A stretch of DNA of 64,000 bases, from assembly GCA_026995045.1 (NCBI GenBank), contig JALWPK010000137.1, forward strand, positions 83-64,082, given 5' to 3'. The stretch is from Gammaproteobacteria bacterium. GTDB taxonomy: Bacteria; Pseudomonadota; Gammaproteobacteria; SZUA-229. Under the pieces are notes generated by a model. It was not told where the DNA came from and did not search any database. It saw only the letters and a list, made by a program, of their open reading frames with translations. Below are positions 43,550 through 52,021 of the stretch, piece by piece (within the stretch, counting starts at the first letter, position 1; each line of letters opens with the position of its first letter). Made by a program: the position numbers and the translations under genes.

Positions 43550-44386
43550 ATGCTTAAATCGTTGTTAACTGTCCTGCCTCTCGTACTGTTTTCACAAGCA
43601 GCACTGGCAATCACCCAGGTTTTTACCGTCGATGGCGCACGCTCCAAAATCACGCTGAGGCTGATTGATGTGGGTGGCGTTGATTCGGCGCCGGTTGATG
43701 TCGGACTTGACGGGGAGTTTGCTATCAACATCGGCGCGCCGACCGCTGGCGCCGCCACCACCGATCCGAAAAACTGGAACGTCAGCGCCGGTCTGATCAA
43801 GGACGATACGATTGCGCCTGTCAGCGCGGTGATTACTGCGCCACCGATCACACTGTCCGCCAACGGCGTGGTGGTGACCATCGACACCCTTGTGCTAACC
43901 GGTTTCAGCGTCGGCAACAACTATCCGCCCACGACTCTGGCCGGCGGCCCGCCGGTCTCTTCGGGTTCGCAGACTACTAATGCCGAGTTTGTCGCTGCCG
44001 GCGACATTCAGATCGGACCGACATCGGTACCAATACCCAACGCCCCGACACAAACGGCTGACACGGCTTTTTCAATTGAACTTGCGGACGCCGACCAGCT
44101 GGGCGGCGCAACCGGCAATACCGTCGCCCACATTACGGCAACCACAGCCGCCACCATCACCACAACGGCCGCCGCCGGGCAACTTGAAGTGGTGCTGGAT
44201 ATGTACGGTTACGCCGACTACAGCGGCGCGGTGAATCCGGCTCCAACAACGGGCGGCGGCAACTCAGGTGGCAGTGGCTCCTCTGGCGACAGTTCATCTC
44301 CCAGCGGCGGCGCGGCAGACTGGTTGCTGCTGTCTGGTTTAACTGTTGCGCTGCTCGGCATTCGACGCCGAAACAAACAAGCGTAA
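43550..44386 (+). CDS. Secreted beta-rich protein with GlyGly-CTERM (rhombosortase) signal
   Basis: Signal peptide ending QAALA; Gly/Ser linker, then SGGAADWLLLSGLTVALLGIRRR. Confidence 0.85.
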   Translation: MLKSLLTVLPLVLFSQAALAITQVFTVDGARSKITLRLIDVGGVDSAPVDVGLDGEFAINIGAPTAGAATTDPKNWNVSAGLIKDDTIAPVSAVITAPPITLSANGVVVTIDTLVLTGFSVGNNYPPTTLAGGPPVSSGSQTTNAEFVAAGDIQIGPTSVPIPNAPTQTADTAFSIELADADQLGGATGNTVAHITATTAATITTTAAAGQLEVVLDMYGYADYSGAVNPAPTTGGGNSGGSGSSGDSSSPSGGAADWLLLSGLTVALLGIRRRNKQA

Positions 44387-44391
44387 AATCA

Positions 44392-44418
44392 TAACCGCCC
44401 TGACAGGCAGGGCGGTTA
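44392..44418. terminator. Hairpin between convergent genes
   Basis: TAACCGCCCTG-ACAGG-CAGGGCGGTTA; weak U-tails. Confidence 0.6.
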
Positions 44419-45225
44419 GCGTTTAACGTTTTCGATTACGCCGTCGCGTTCCAGCTTCATTTCGATGCTGGTTGAAAACAACAACCCCATGATGATGCTG
44501 TTGATATTGTCCGGGTTGTTCAGCGCTACGCCGTTGATTTCCATGACGATGTCGCCTGGCTGGATGCCGATGCTGTCCAGGTAAACACCTTCCGGCGGGT
44601 TGATCTGATAGCCCAGCACATTGCCATCGCGCGATACCGGCCTGGCGCCCATCAGTTGCAACAGCCCGGACGGGCCATCATTGACAATCAAATCGCGCAC
44701 TTCGGCCAGCGCGGTTTGCGCATCCATGTCTTCAATGCCGGGGATGATATCGTTGCCGCTTTCCGTCGCTGTCGAAGTAGATGCCGTCGGGTTCTGTTGA
44801 ATAATGACGCCTGCTGTCTGACTTCCGCCAGACAATGCGCCCTGCTCGCTATCACGCGAACGTTGCGCATCATAGGCGTCGTTCGCGTTGTGCGGTTCCG
44901 CAAACGTTGACCCAGCCCTTCCGCCACGTGCGGTTGTCGAGCTTTGCCCGCCGCCTGTTCGGGCTGGCCAGGATGATGGCGCGTTGTTCACATGTGTCAT
45001 TAGCGTGTTGTTGCGCGCCGGGTGTTGCGCCATGCGCTCACCTGCTGTGCGCTGGCTGCCGGCCTTGAACGATGCCGACCGTCTGTCTGCCTGATGTTGT
45101 GTAACCGACTGCAAATCAGTGTTCCGGTTTACAACTGTTTCATCATCCCACACCGAGTAAAGCGCTGTAGCGATAATCAGCGCACCGGCCGGCATGACCC
45201 AGTTGTTGTTATGAAACAACCACAT
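44416..45225 (-). CDS. Membrane-anchored protein with GspC-like C-terminal PDZ domain
   Basis: N-terminal TM, long disordered linker, RPVSRDGNVLGYQINP..GIQPGDIVMEING..L. Confidence 0.75.
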   Translation of the reverse strand: MWLFHNNNWVMPAGALIIATALYSVWDDETVVNRNTDLQSVTQHQADRRSASFKAGSQRTAGERMAQHPARNNTLMTHVNNAPSSWPARTGGGQSSTTARGGRAGSTFAEPHNANDAYDAQRSRDSEQGALSGGSQTAGVIIQQNPTASTSTATESGNDIIPGIEDMDAQTALAEVRDLIVNDGPSGLLQLMGARPVSRDGNVLGYQINPPEGVYLDSIGIQPGDIVMEINGVALNNPDNINSIIMGLLFSTSIEMKLERDGVIENVKR

Positions 45226-45227
45226 GA

Positions 45228-46880
45228 TTATTCTTCAGGCGAGTCTTTACCGCTTTCCAGTTCGTGCGGCAATTTGCCGCCATGTTTTTTCAGCAGCTCA
45301 ATCATCTCGACACGGTCTTTTTCGATGGCCCACTGCAAGGCGGTTTTGCCTTCCTTGTCGATAACATTGACGTCGATACCGGCATCAATCAGCATACTGC
45401 CGATTTTTACAAAGCCGCTGGCGGCGGCGTAGATCATGGCGTTGCGTTTGTTTTCATCACGATGATTGACTTTGGCGCCCTTGCCAAGCAGATAGTCCAC
45501 TGCCGCTATCTTGCCACCGCTGGTGGCGAAAATCAGGGGACTGACGCCGCCGTTGTTGGTGGCGTTAACATCAGCGCCGTGCTCAACCAGATTTTCGATA
45601 TTTTTCATGTTGCCTTTCAGTGAGGCGTACATCAACGATGTGTTGCCGTCTTTTTCACGCGCGTCCACCTTGGCGCCGGCCTTGAGCAATGTGTCCGTTG
45701 CTTCCAGGCGCTCTTTCTGCGCGGCCTGAATCAATGCCGTGCGCCCCATGCTGTCGTGTATTTCGGTATCGGCGCCTGCTGCAAGCAGTATTTTGATGCT
45801 GCCATCATGATTCAATGCGGCGGCATTAATCATGGCCGTGCGGTTATCCTTGTCGCCATGATTCACTTTTGCGCCGTTTTTAATCAGCAGTTTTACGATT
45901 TCATCATGCCCCTTGCGCGCAGCATAGATGAGGGGAGTTTTTTTGAAATTATCCTGCGCATTGACGTCAGCGCCTTTTTTCAATAACCATTTCGCCAGCT
46001 TGATGTCATTGTTGTTGGCTGCGATCATCAACGCGGTGACGCCATCAATCAGTGGCGTGTCGACTTTCAGACCACGGTCGACATACAGTTTGACCAGGTC
46101 GAGGTTGCCCTTGATCAGGGCGTGATGGAAACCATTCATGCCTTCGTTGTCAGACTCGAACAGGTCGGCGCCCTTGTCCGCCAGCATGCTGACCAGTTCG
46201 GTCTGTCCCGCCTGCGCCGCCAGCAACAAGGCGGTGACATTGAATTCGTCCTTGATGTTCACGTCGATGCCATGCTCGATTAACCATTTGGCCGTGTCGT
46301 ACTGTTTGCCGTTGATTGCGATAATCAACGCAGACGAACCGTCATCGTCCGTTGCGTTGATGTTGGCGCCTCGCTTGACCAACAGCTCCAGTACCGGAAT
46401 CTCGCCGCGAAATGCCGCCCATAACAAGGCGGTTGCGCCACGCTTGTCTTCAGACTCGATACGCGCGCCCTTGTCCAGCAGGTAGTCGACTATCGCCTTG
46501 TGTCCAAACTTGGCGGCGACAATCAGCGCGTTGTCGCCATCATCATCTTTCAGGTTGATGCTTGCGCCCTTGTCTATCAACAGTTTGACCGTATCAAGAT
46601 GGCCTTCTGAAGCCGCCCATAACAAGGCGGTTGCGCCCTTGGGGTCACGCCAGTCAACATTGGTACCTTCTTCCAGCATGCCCTTGATGACTTCATTGTT
46701 ACCATTGCGCGCCGCCTGGATAAACATTTGTTCCTGCGCAGTCTGGCCGGCTATGGCTGACTGCTGGGGAATGGTCGGTATATCGTCTTCAGCAAACGCA
46801 TGCATCGACACCGTAAACAACAGTGATGCGCCGGCAACGACTGCGCTGTAATGAACAAGTTTATTTAAACGATGACTCAT
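45228..46880 (-). CDS. Exported ankyrin-repeat protein (15 repeats)
   Basis: Signal peptide ending HAFA; 33-aa TALxxAA..G...V..LL..GA.VN..D repeats; identical 26-nt copies at 46414-46439 and 46612-46637. Confidence 0.93.
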   Translation of the reverse strand: MSHRLNKLVHYSAVVAGASLLFTVSMHAFAEDDIPTIPQQSAIAGQTAQEQMFIQAARNGNNEVIKGMLEEGTNVDWRDPKGATALLWAASEGHLDTVKLLIDKGASINLKDDDGDNALIVAAKFGHKAIVDYLLDKGARIESEDKRGATALLWAAFRGEIPVLELLVKRGANINATDDDGSSALIIAINGKQYDTAKWLIEHGIDVNIKDEFNVTALLLAAQAGQTELVSMLADKGADLFESDNEGMNGFHHALIKGNLDLVKLYVDRGLKVDTPLIDGVTALMIAANNNDIKLAKWLLKKGADVNAQDNFKKTPLIYAARKGHDEIVKLLIKNGAKVNHGDKDNRTAMINAAALNHDGSIKILLAAGADTEIHDSMGRTALIQAAQKERLEATDTLLKAGAKVDAREKDGNTSLMYASLKGNMKNIENLVEHGADVNATNNGGVSPLIFATSGGKIAAVDYLLGKGAKVNHRDENKRNAMIYAAASGFVKIGSMLIDAGIDVNVIDKEGKTALQWAIEKDRVEMIELLKKHGGKLPHELESGKDSPEE

Positions 46881-46948
46881 AACCCTACCTACCTTTTATT
46901 GATGATTGAAAAAACGAGCATATCTTCTCATTGCTGTTTGACATACGC

Positions 46949-47332
46949 TCATTGTTTGATAATGCTGCATGCGTACCAGTCCATTTCAGGATGACGGGCC
47001 TTTACTTCAGGCCTGAACATTACCTGTGTTTGCAGTTTGAAATACCCCGGCCAGGGCACGCCGCGTGACTGTCTGATAATTTCGATAAATTTCTGTGTCT
47101 CATCGTGCGGCGCATCGCCTGCTTGACTGACATATTTCACTTCACCAAAGCAGGCAAGCTTGTTCCAGTCTGTTTTGGGCTGGATGCGCACCATCAAATC
47201 AATGCGACATTTTTCCGTATCATCAAGCTGATGCATAAATGTATTGCAGGCAAGCTTGCGCAGGCGGGCGGTAACGTGTTCGCCTGACCATGCCGGTGAG
47301 GCCAGTGAAAAGAGTACGATTGTAATTATCAT
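46949..47332 (-). CDS. Small exported 4-Cys hypothetical protein
   Basis: ATG overlaps the cusA stop (ATGA); signal peptide MIITIVLFSLASPAWS. Confidence 0.65.
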   Translation of the reverse strand: MIITIVLFSLASPAWSGEHVTARLRKLACNTFMHQLDDTEKCRIDLMVRIQPKTDWNKLACFGEVKYVSQAGDAPHDETQKFIEIIRQSRGVPWPGYFKLQTQVMFRPEVKARHPEMDWYACSIIKQ

Positions 47333-50300
47333 TCGCATGATACGAGCCTTCCTGTTTTCAGTTTGTGTGACATCCACAGGTAATACAGCGCGGGAATCAG
47401 CACCATCGAAACCAGTGGCGCCGTCAGCATACCACCCAGCATGGGCGCTGCTATTCGCGCCATGACTTCCGAACCAGCGCCGCCGCCGAGCATGATGGGC
47501 AACAAGCCCGAGATTATTACGGCCACGGTCATTACCTTGGGCCGCACACGCGACAAGGCGCCCTCGATGACCGCTTCACGCAATTCTGTGAGGTTTGCAG
47601 GCTTGCGCGTTTTGACGGACTGTTCCAGATAAACCAGCATCACCACGCCGAACTCGGCCGCCACTCCGGCGAGCGCTATAAAACCAACCGCCACCGCGAC
47701 CGACAGGTTATAGTCCAGCAAATACAGCAACCAGAATCCGCCGACCAGCGCCAGCGGCAAGGAACTGATAACCATCATCGCCGATGTCATGTTGTTGAAG
47801 TTCAGATATAAAAGCACCACGATCAGTATCAGTGTCACCGGGACAATGTATGCGAGCCGCTGCTTGGCGCGCTGCATGTATTGATACTGACCCGCCCAGC
47901 TGATGGTATAGCCTGAGGGCAATTTCAGTTTTTCCGCCAGCAGGGCGCGCGCATCTTCCACGTAGGATCCGATATCGCGTCCACGTATATCGAGGTAGAC
48001 CCAGCCGTTAAGCCGGGCGTTTTCGGTTTTGATAACCGCCGGGCCGTCCTTGATGGTGATGGTGGCGATCTCTTCCAGCCTCAGGGTTTCCCTGCCGGGC
48101 GCAAAAATCGGCAGGCGTTTTAACTGTTCCGGCGAATCACGATAACTCAGTGGAAAACGCATATTGATGGGGTAGCGCTCGCGGCCTTCCACGGTATAGG
48201 CGATGTTGGTGCCGCCCACGGCCATGCTGATATAGTCCTGGATTTCGCGTACGCTCAAATCGTATCGCGCAGCAAGGTCGCGGTCGACGGTGAAGTCAAC
48301 ATAGTGCGCGCCGCCCACGCGTTCGGAATACACACTGTGCGTTCCCGGCAGGGTTTTCAGCAAACGCTCAATGTCCTGGCCAATGGATTCTATGACCTGT
48401 AAATCCGGCCCGGCTATTTTCACACCCACTGGAGTTTTGATGCCGGTGGCCAGCATGTCGATGCGCGCGGAAATCGGCATCAACCAGGCATTGGTGACGC
48501 CGGGAACCTGTACGATTCTGTCCAGCTCTTCAATCAAACCCTGGATATCCAGTCCTTCGCGCCACTGATCCTCCGGTTTCAGCTGAATTGTGGTTTCCAT
48601 CATGGTGAGCGGCGCGGGGTCGGTGGCTGTTTCCGCGCGCCCGGCCTTGCCGAATACGCGCACCACTTCGGGCACGGTTTTGATTAGCCGGTCGGTTTGC
48701 TGCAACAGTTCACGTGCCTTGCCGATGGAAAGCCCCGGCAGGGTGCTTGGCATGTACAACAAATCGCCCTCGTTCAACTGCGGCATGAACTCGGCGCCCA
48801 TTTTGACATACGGCCACAGGGTTGAAGCGACCAGCAAGACAGCAAGCAGAACAACCTGCCACGGTTTGCGCAACGCCCAATCAACCAGCGGGCGATAGCT
48901 TCGCAGCATCAACCGATTAACAGGATTATTGCCTTCCGCCATGATGCGCCCGCGAATCAGATAAACCAGCAGCGCAGGCACAAGCGTGATGGACAATATG
49001 GCGGCTGCGGCCATTGCATAGGTCTTGGTGTACGCCAGTGGTGAAAACAATCGTCCTTCCTGCGCCTGCAGTGTAAACACCGGCAAAAAGCTGATGGTGA
49101 TAATCACCAGCGAGAAAAACAGCGGCGCGCCGACTTCATTCAATGCGCTCCTGATTGCTTCGATGCGATTACCGTTCGACAGGTTTTCTTCCATGTGTTT
49201 GTGCACGTTTTCAATCATCACGATAGCCGCATCCACCATCGCGCCGATAGCAATCGCGATGCCGCCCAGCGACATGATGTTGGCGTTGATGCCCTGCAAC
49301 CGCATAATGATAAAGGCGCACAGTATGCCAATCGGCAGGGTGATCAGAATCACCAGCGCCGAGCGCAGATGCACCAGGAACAGGGCGCAGACAATCACCA
49401 CCAGCAGAAACTCTTCCAGCAAACGGCTTTGCAGCGTGCTGACTGCGCGTTCAATCAGCGACGCCCGGTTGTAGGTTTCGACGATCTCCACTCCATCGGG
49501 CAAACCCTGTTGCAGCTCGGCCAGCTTTTGTTTGACCCGTTCGATGGTGGTTCTGGCGTTTTCGCCCCAGCGCATCACCACGATGCCGCCAACCACTTCG
49601 CCCTCACCATCGAGGTCCGCAATGCCGCGTCGCAGTTGCGGCCCGGTGCGGATGTCTGCGATGTCAGACAGCACCAGTGAATTGCCGGACAGTCTTTTTC
49701 TCACATAGGGCACGTTTTCAAGATCCCGGATATCCGAGATATAGCCTCGCCCACGCAACATGTATTCAGTTTCGCCAAATTCGATAACCGAACCGCTGAC
49801 TTCGTTGTTGGCGTCAAGTATCGCCTTGCGAATGCCTTGCAGAGTCAGATTGCTGACCTGCATCTGCCCTGGGTCAATCACCACCTGATACTGCTTGACC
49901 ATGCCACCGAGCGTGGCCACTTCCGCCACGCCGGGAAGGGTTTGCAGTTCGTATTTCAAAAACCAGTCCTGCAAACTGCGCAGTTCCGCCAGATCATGCT
50001 GGTGATTTCTGTCCACCAGGGCATACTGGTATACCCAGCCGACGCCGCTGGCGTCCGGGCCAAGCGTGGGCTGCACGCCCTCCGGCAACTGGCCAGTCAC
50101 CTGGTTAAGGTATTCCAGCACGCGGGTGCGCGCCCAGTAGGGATCAGTGTCATCATCGAAGATGACATAGACATAGGAGTCGCCAAAAAAGGAATAGCCG
50201 CGCACGCTGGTGGCGCCCGGCACGGACAGCATGGCGCTGGTGAGCGGATAGGTCACCTGGTCCTCGACAATTTGCGGCGCCTGTCCGGGATAGGGCGTTT

Positions 50301-50448
50301 TGATAATCACCTGCACATCGGAAAGATCCGGTATCGCATCCAGCGGAATACTGCGCAACGCGAGGGCGCCGGACAGGCTTAACAACACCGCCAGCAATAA
50401 CACCAGCGAGCGGTTGTTAATCGACCAGTTGATGATGCGGTTAATCAT
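47329..50448 (-). CDS. cusA: Cu(I)/Ag(I) RND transporter CusA
   Basis: LDAIPDLSDVQVI, GPDASGVGW, AIGAMVDAAIVMIEN; Met triad in LLYMP, PLTMME, RIDML. Confidence 0.95.
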   Translation of the reverse strand: MINRIINWSINNRSLVLLLAVLLSLSGALALRSIPLDAIPDLSDVQVIIKTPYPGQAPQIVEDQVTYPLTSAMLSVPGATSVRGYSFFGDSYVYVIFDDDTDPYWARTRVLEYLNQVTGQLPEGVQPTLGPDASGVGWVYQYALVDRNHQHDLAELRSLQDWFLKYELQTLPGVAEVATLGGMVKQYQVVIDPGQMQVSNLTLQGIRKAILDANNEVSGSVIEFGETEYMLRGRGYISDIRDLENVPYVRKRLSGNSLVLSDIADIRTGPQLRRGIADLDGEGEVVGGIVVMRWGENARTTIERVKQKLAELQQGLPDGVEIVETYNRASLIERAVSTLQSRLLEEFLLVVIVCALFLVHLRSALVILITLPIGILCAFIIMRLQGINANIMSLGGIAIAIGAMVDAAIVMIENVHKHMEENLSNGNRIEAIRSALNEVGAPLFFSLVIITISFLPVFTLQAQEGRLFSPLAYTKTYAMAAAAILSITLVPALLVYLIRGRIMAEGNNPVNRLMLRSYRPLVDWALRKPWQVVLLAVLLVASTLWPYVKMGAEFMPQLNEGDLLYMPSTLPGLSIGKARELLQQTDRLIKTVPEVVRVFGKAGRAETATDPAPLTMMETTIQLKPEDQWREGLDIQGLIEELDRIVQVPGVTNAWLMPISARIDMLATGIKTPVGVKIAGPDLQVIESIGQDIERLLKTLPGTHSVYSERVGGAHYVDFTVDRDLAARYDLSVREIQDYISMAVGGTNIAYTVEGRERYPINMRFPLSYRDSPEQLKRLPIFAPGRETLRLEEIATITIKDGPAVIKTENARLNGWVYLDIRGRDIGSYVEDARALLAEKLKLPSGYTISWAGQYQYMQRAKQRLAYIVPVTLILIVVLLYLNFNNMTSAMMVISSLPLALVGGFWLLYLLDYNLSVAVAVGFIALAGVAAEFGVVMLVYLEQSVKTRKPANLTELREAVIEGALSRVRPKVMTVAVIISGLLPIMLGGGAGSEVMARIAAPMLGGMLTAPLVSMVLIPALYYLWMSHKLKTGRLVSCE

Positions 50449-50472
50449 GCCTGCTGTGTCTGACCTGCATCA

Positions 50473-51810
50473 TCATTCCGCCATTCTTCTGAAGCCGGCT
50501 CTCAGGTTGCTCTCTGAATCGAGCAGAAACTGGCCGGACACCACGACCTTGTCGCCTTCCTGCAAGCCTTCCAGCACTTGCACATAATCGCCGCTTTCAA
50601 TTCCGGTCTTGATGGCCACCGGCTGAAAGCCGCCATCCTCCAGCATACGCACCACATGGGTTTCGTTTTCATAACGAATCAGCGCATCGCGCGGCACGCT
50701 CAGGATGTTGTCATGCCGGTCGCCCACCACGGTGGCTTTGACGTACATGGAGTTTTGCACCAGGAACTGCGGCACATTGAACGCGAAACGAACGCCTATG
50801 GTGCGCGCGCTCGATGTCATGCGTGAGGCTTTCTGACTGACAATGCCCGGCCAGGTTTTAGACGGCGCATGCGGGATGGTCAGCTCGGCGGGGTAGCCGT
50901 TTTCGATCCAGGCGATGTCGCGCTGCACCGCATCGGCCACTACGGTGATTCTGGCGTATGCCTGCTCCGCATACAGCTCCTGCCCGGCGTCAACCACCAT
51001 GCCCGCCTCAACCTTGCCCAGGGGTATCAATGTGCCGGTATCCGGCGCCAGCAAATCGAATTCGGTGAGTATGCTGCCGCTTTGTTCCAGCTCGCGTATC
51101 TGCGCATTGCTCAGTCCAATCTGCCTCAAGCGCTGACGACTGTTCTCCAGCAACGACTGCGAATCATCCGGCGGTGACTCTGTCTGGTCGTCCGACTGGA
51201 GGCTGGTTGCCGCTTCTGTTTCGCTCGTGGCTTCGTCGTCTATTTGCGCGGCGCCTTGCTTCTGTGCGTTATATAACGCAAGGTGTTCCGCCTGTGCATC
51301 TTCCGCCAGTTGCGACACCATGGTGAGCAGCTTGTCGCCCTGTTTGACGAGTTGTTTGTCGGCAATATAAACCCGCTGCACCTTGCCGGTGACGGGCGCT
51401 CTCAATTTGTAGCGTTTGCCGGACTTGATTGAGCGCACAAAGCCTGGCGCGGTGACCTTGCGGAACAAAGTGCGTTTTTCCACGGTGTCCAGCTTGATGC
51501 CAAAGTTATGCCGCACATCAGGTGAAATTCTGACAACCGGAAAATCACTGTCATCCGTTGCGGAATCCGGCTGTATTGCTTTTTCGACCAGCTTCATGCC
51601 GCATATTGGGCAGCTTCCCGGCTGGTCGGATATTATCTGTGAATGCATCGGGCAGACATAACCCGGTTCGAGGTGTCTGGCTGCATGCTCCATAGCGGTT
51701 TCGGTTGGTTTGGGCGGGTTGAGCACATAACGCTCAAGCGCCACGCCGCCTGCCAGCGCCGAGGCAAGCACGATTATTCCAACAACTAATCTAGATACAT
51801 TCATGGTCAC
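50473..51810 (-). CDS. cusB: CusB-type periplasmic adaptor with heavy-metal-binding domain
   Basis: YVCPMH..PGSCPICGM.L; C-terminal GL..GD.VVVSGQFLLDSESNL. Confidence 0.88.
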   Translation of the reverse strand: MTMNVSRLVVGIIVLASALAGGVALERYVLNPPKPTETAMEHAARHLEPGYVCPMHSQIISDQPGSCPICGMKLVEKAIQPDSATDDSDFPVVRISPDVRHNFGIKLDTVEKRTLFRKVTAPGFVRSIKSGKRYKLRAPVTGKVQRVYIADKQLVKQGDKLLTMVSQLAEDAQAEHLALYNAQKQGAAQIDDEATSETEAATSLQSDDQTESPPDDSQSLLENSRQRLRQIGLSNAQIRELEQSGSILTEFDLLAPDTGTLIPLGKVEAGMVVDAGQELYAEQAYARITVVADAVQRDIAWIENGYPAELTIPHAPSKTWPGIVSQKASRMTSSARTIGVRFAFNVPQFLVQNSMYVKATVVGDRHDNILSVPRDALIRYENETHVVRMLEDGGFQPVAIKTGIESGDYVQVLEGLQEGDKVVVSGQFLLDSESNLRAGFRRMAE

Positions 51811-51942
51811 TCATTCCGGGGCTAATTGTCTGGCCTCGCTTGGCTTTATCTTTAGCATTACATTTATTTCCTGACAGGTGACGTTATCAGCTTGCAGTAA
51901 ACCAGTCATTCATATCAGTTCCAAATTACAAACCCGGAAGGG

Positions 51943-52008
51943 AAAAAGACCCGGCCAGGCCGGGTCTGAAAAAATAATCCATCACCCGGGCTATTCCCGG
52001 GTGATGGA
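51943..52008 (-). terminator. Tandem intrinsic terminators after the 849-aa gene
   Basis: Minus strand TCCATCACCCGGG-AATAG-CCCGGGTGATGGA-TTATTTTTT, then AGACCCGGC-CTG-GCCGGGTCT-TTTT. Confidence 0.85.
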
Positions 52009-52021
52009 GAATAACACACCG

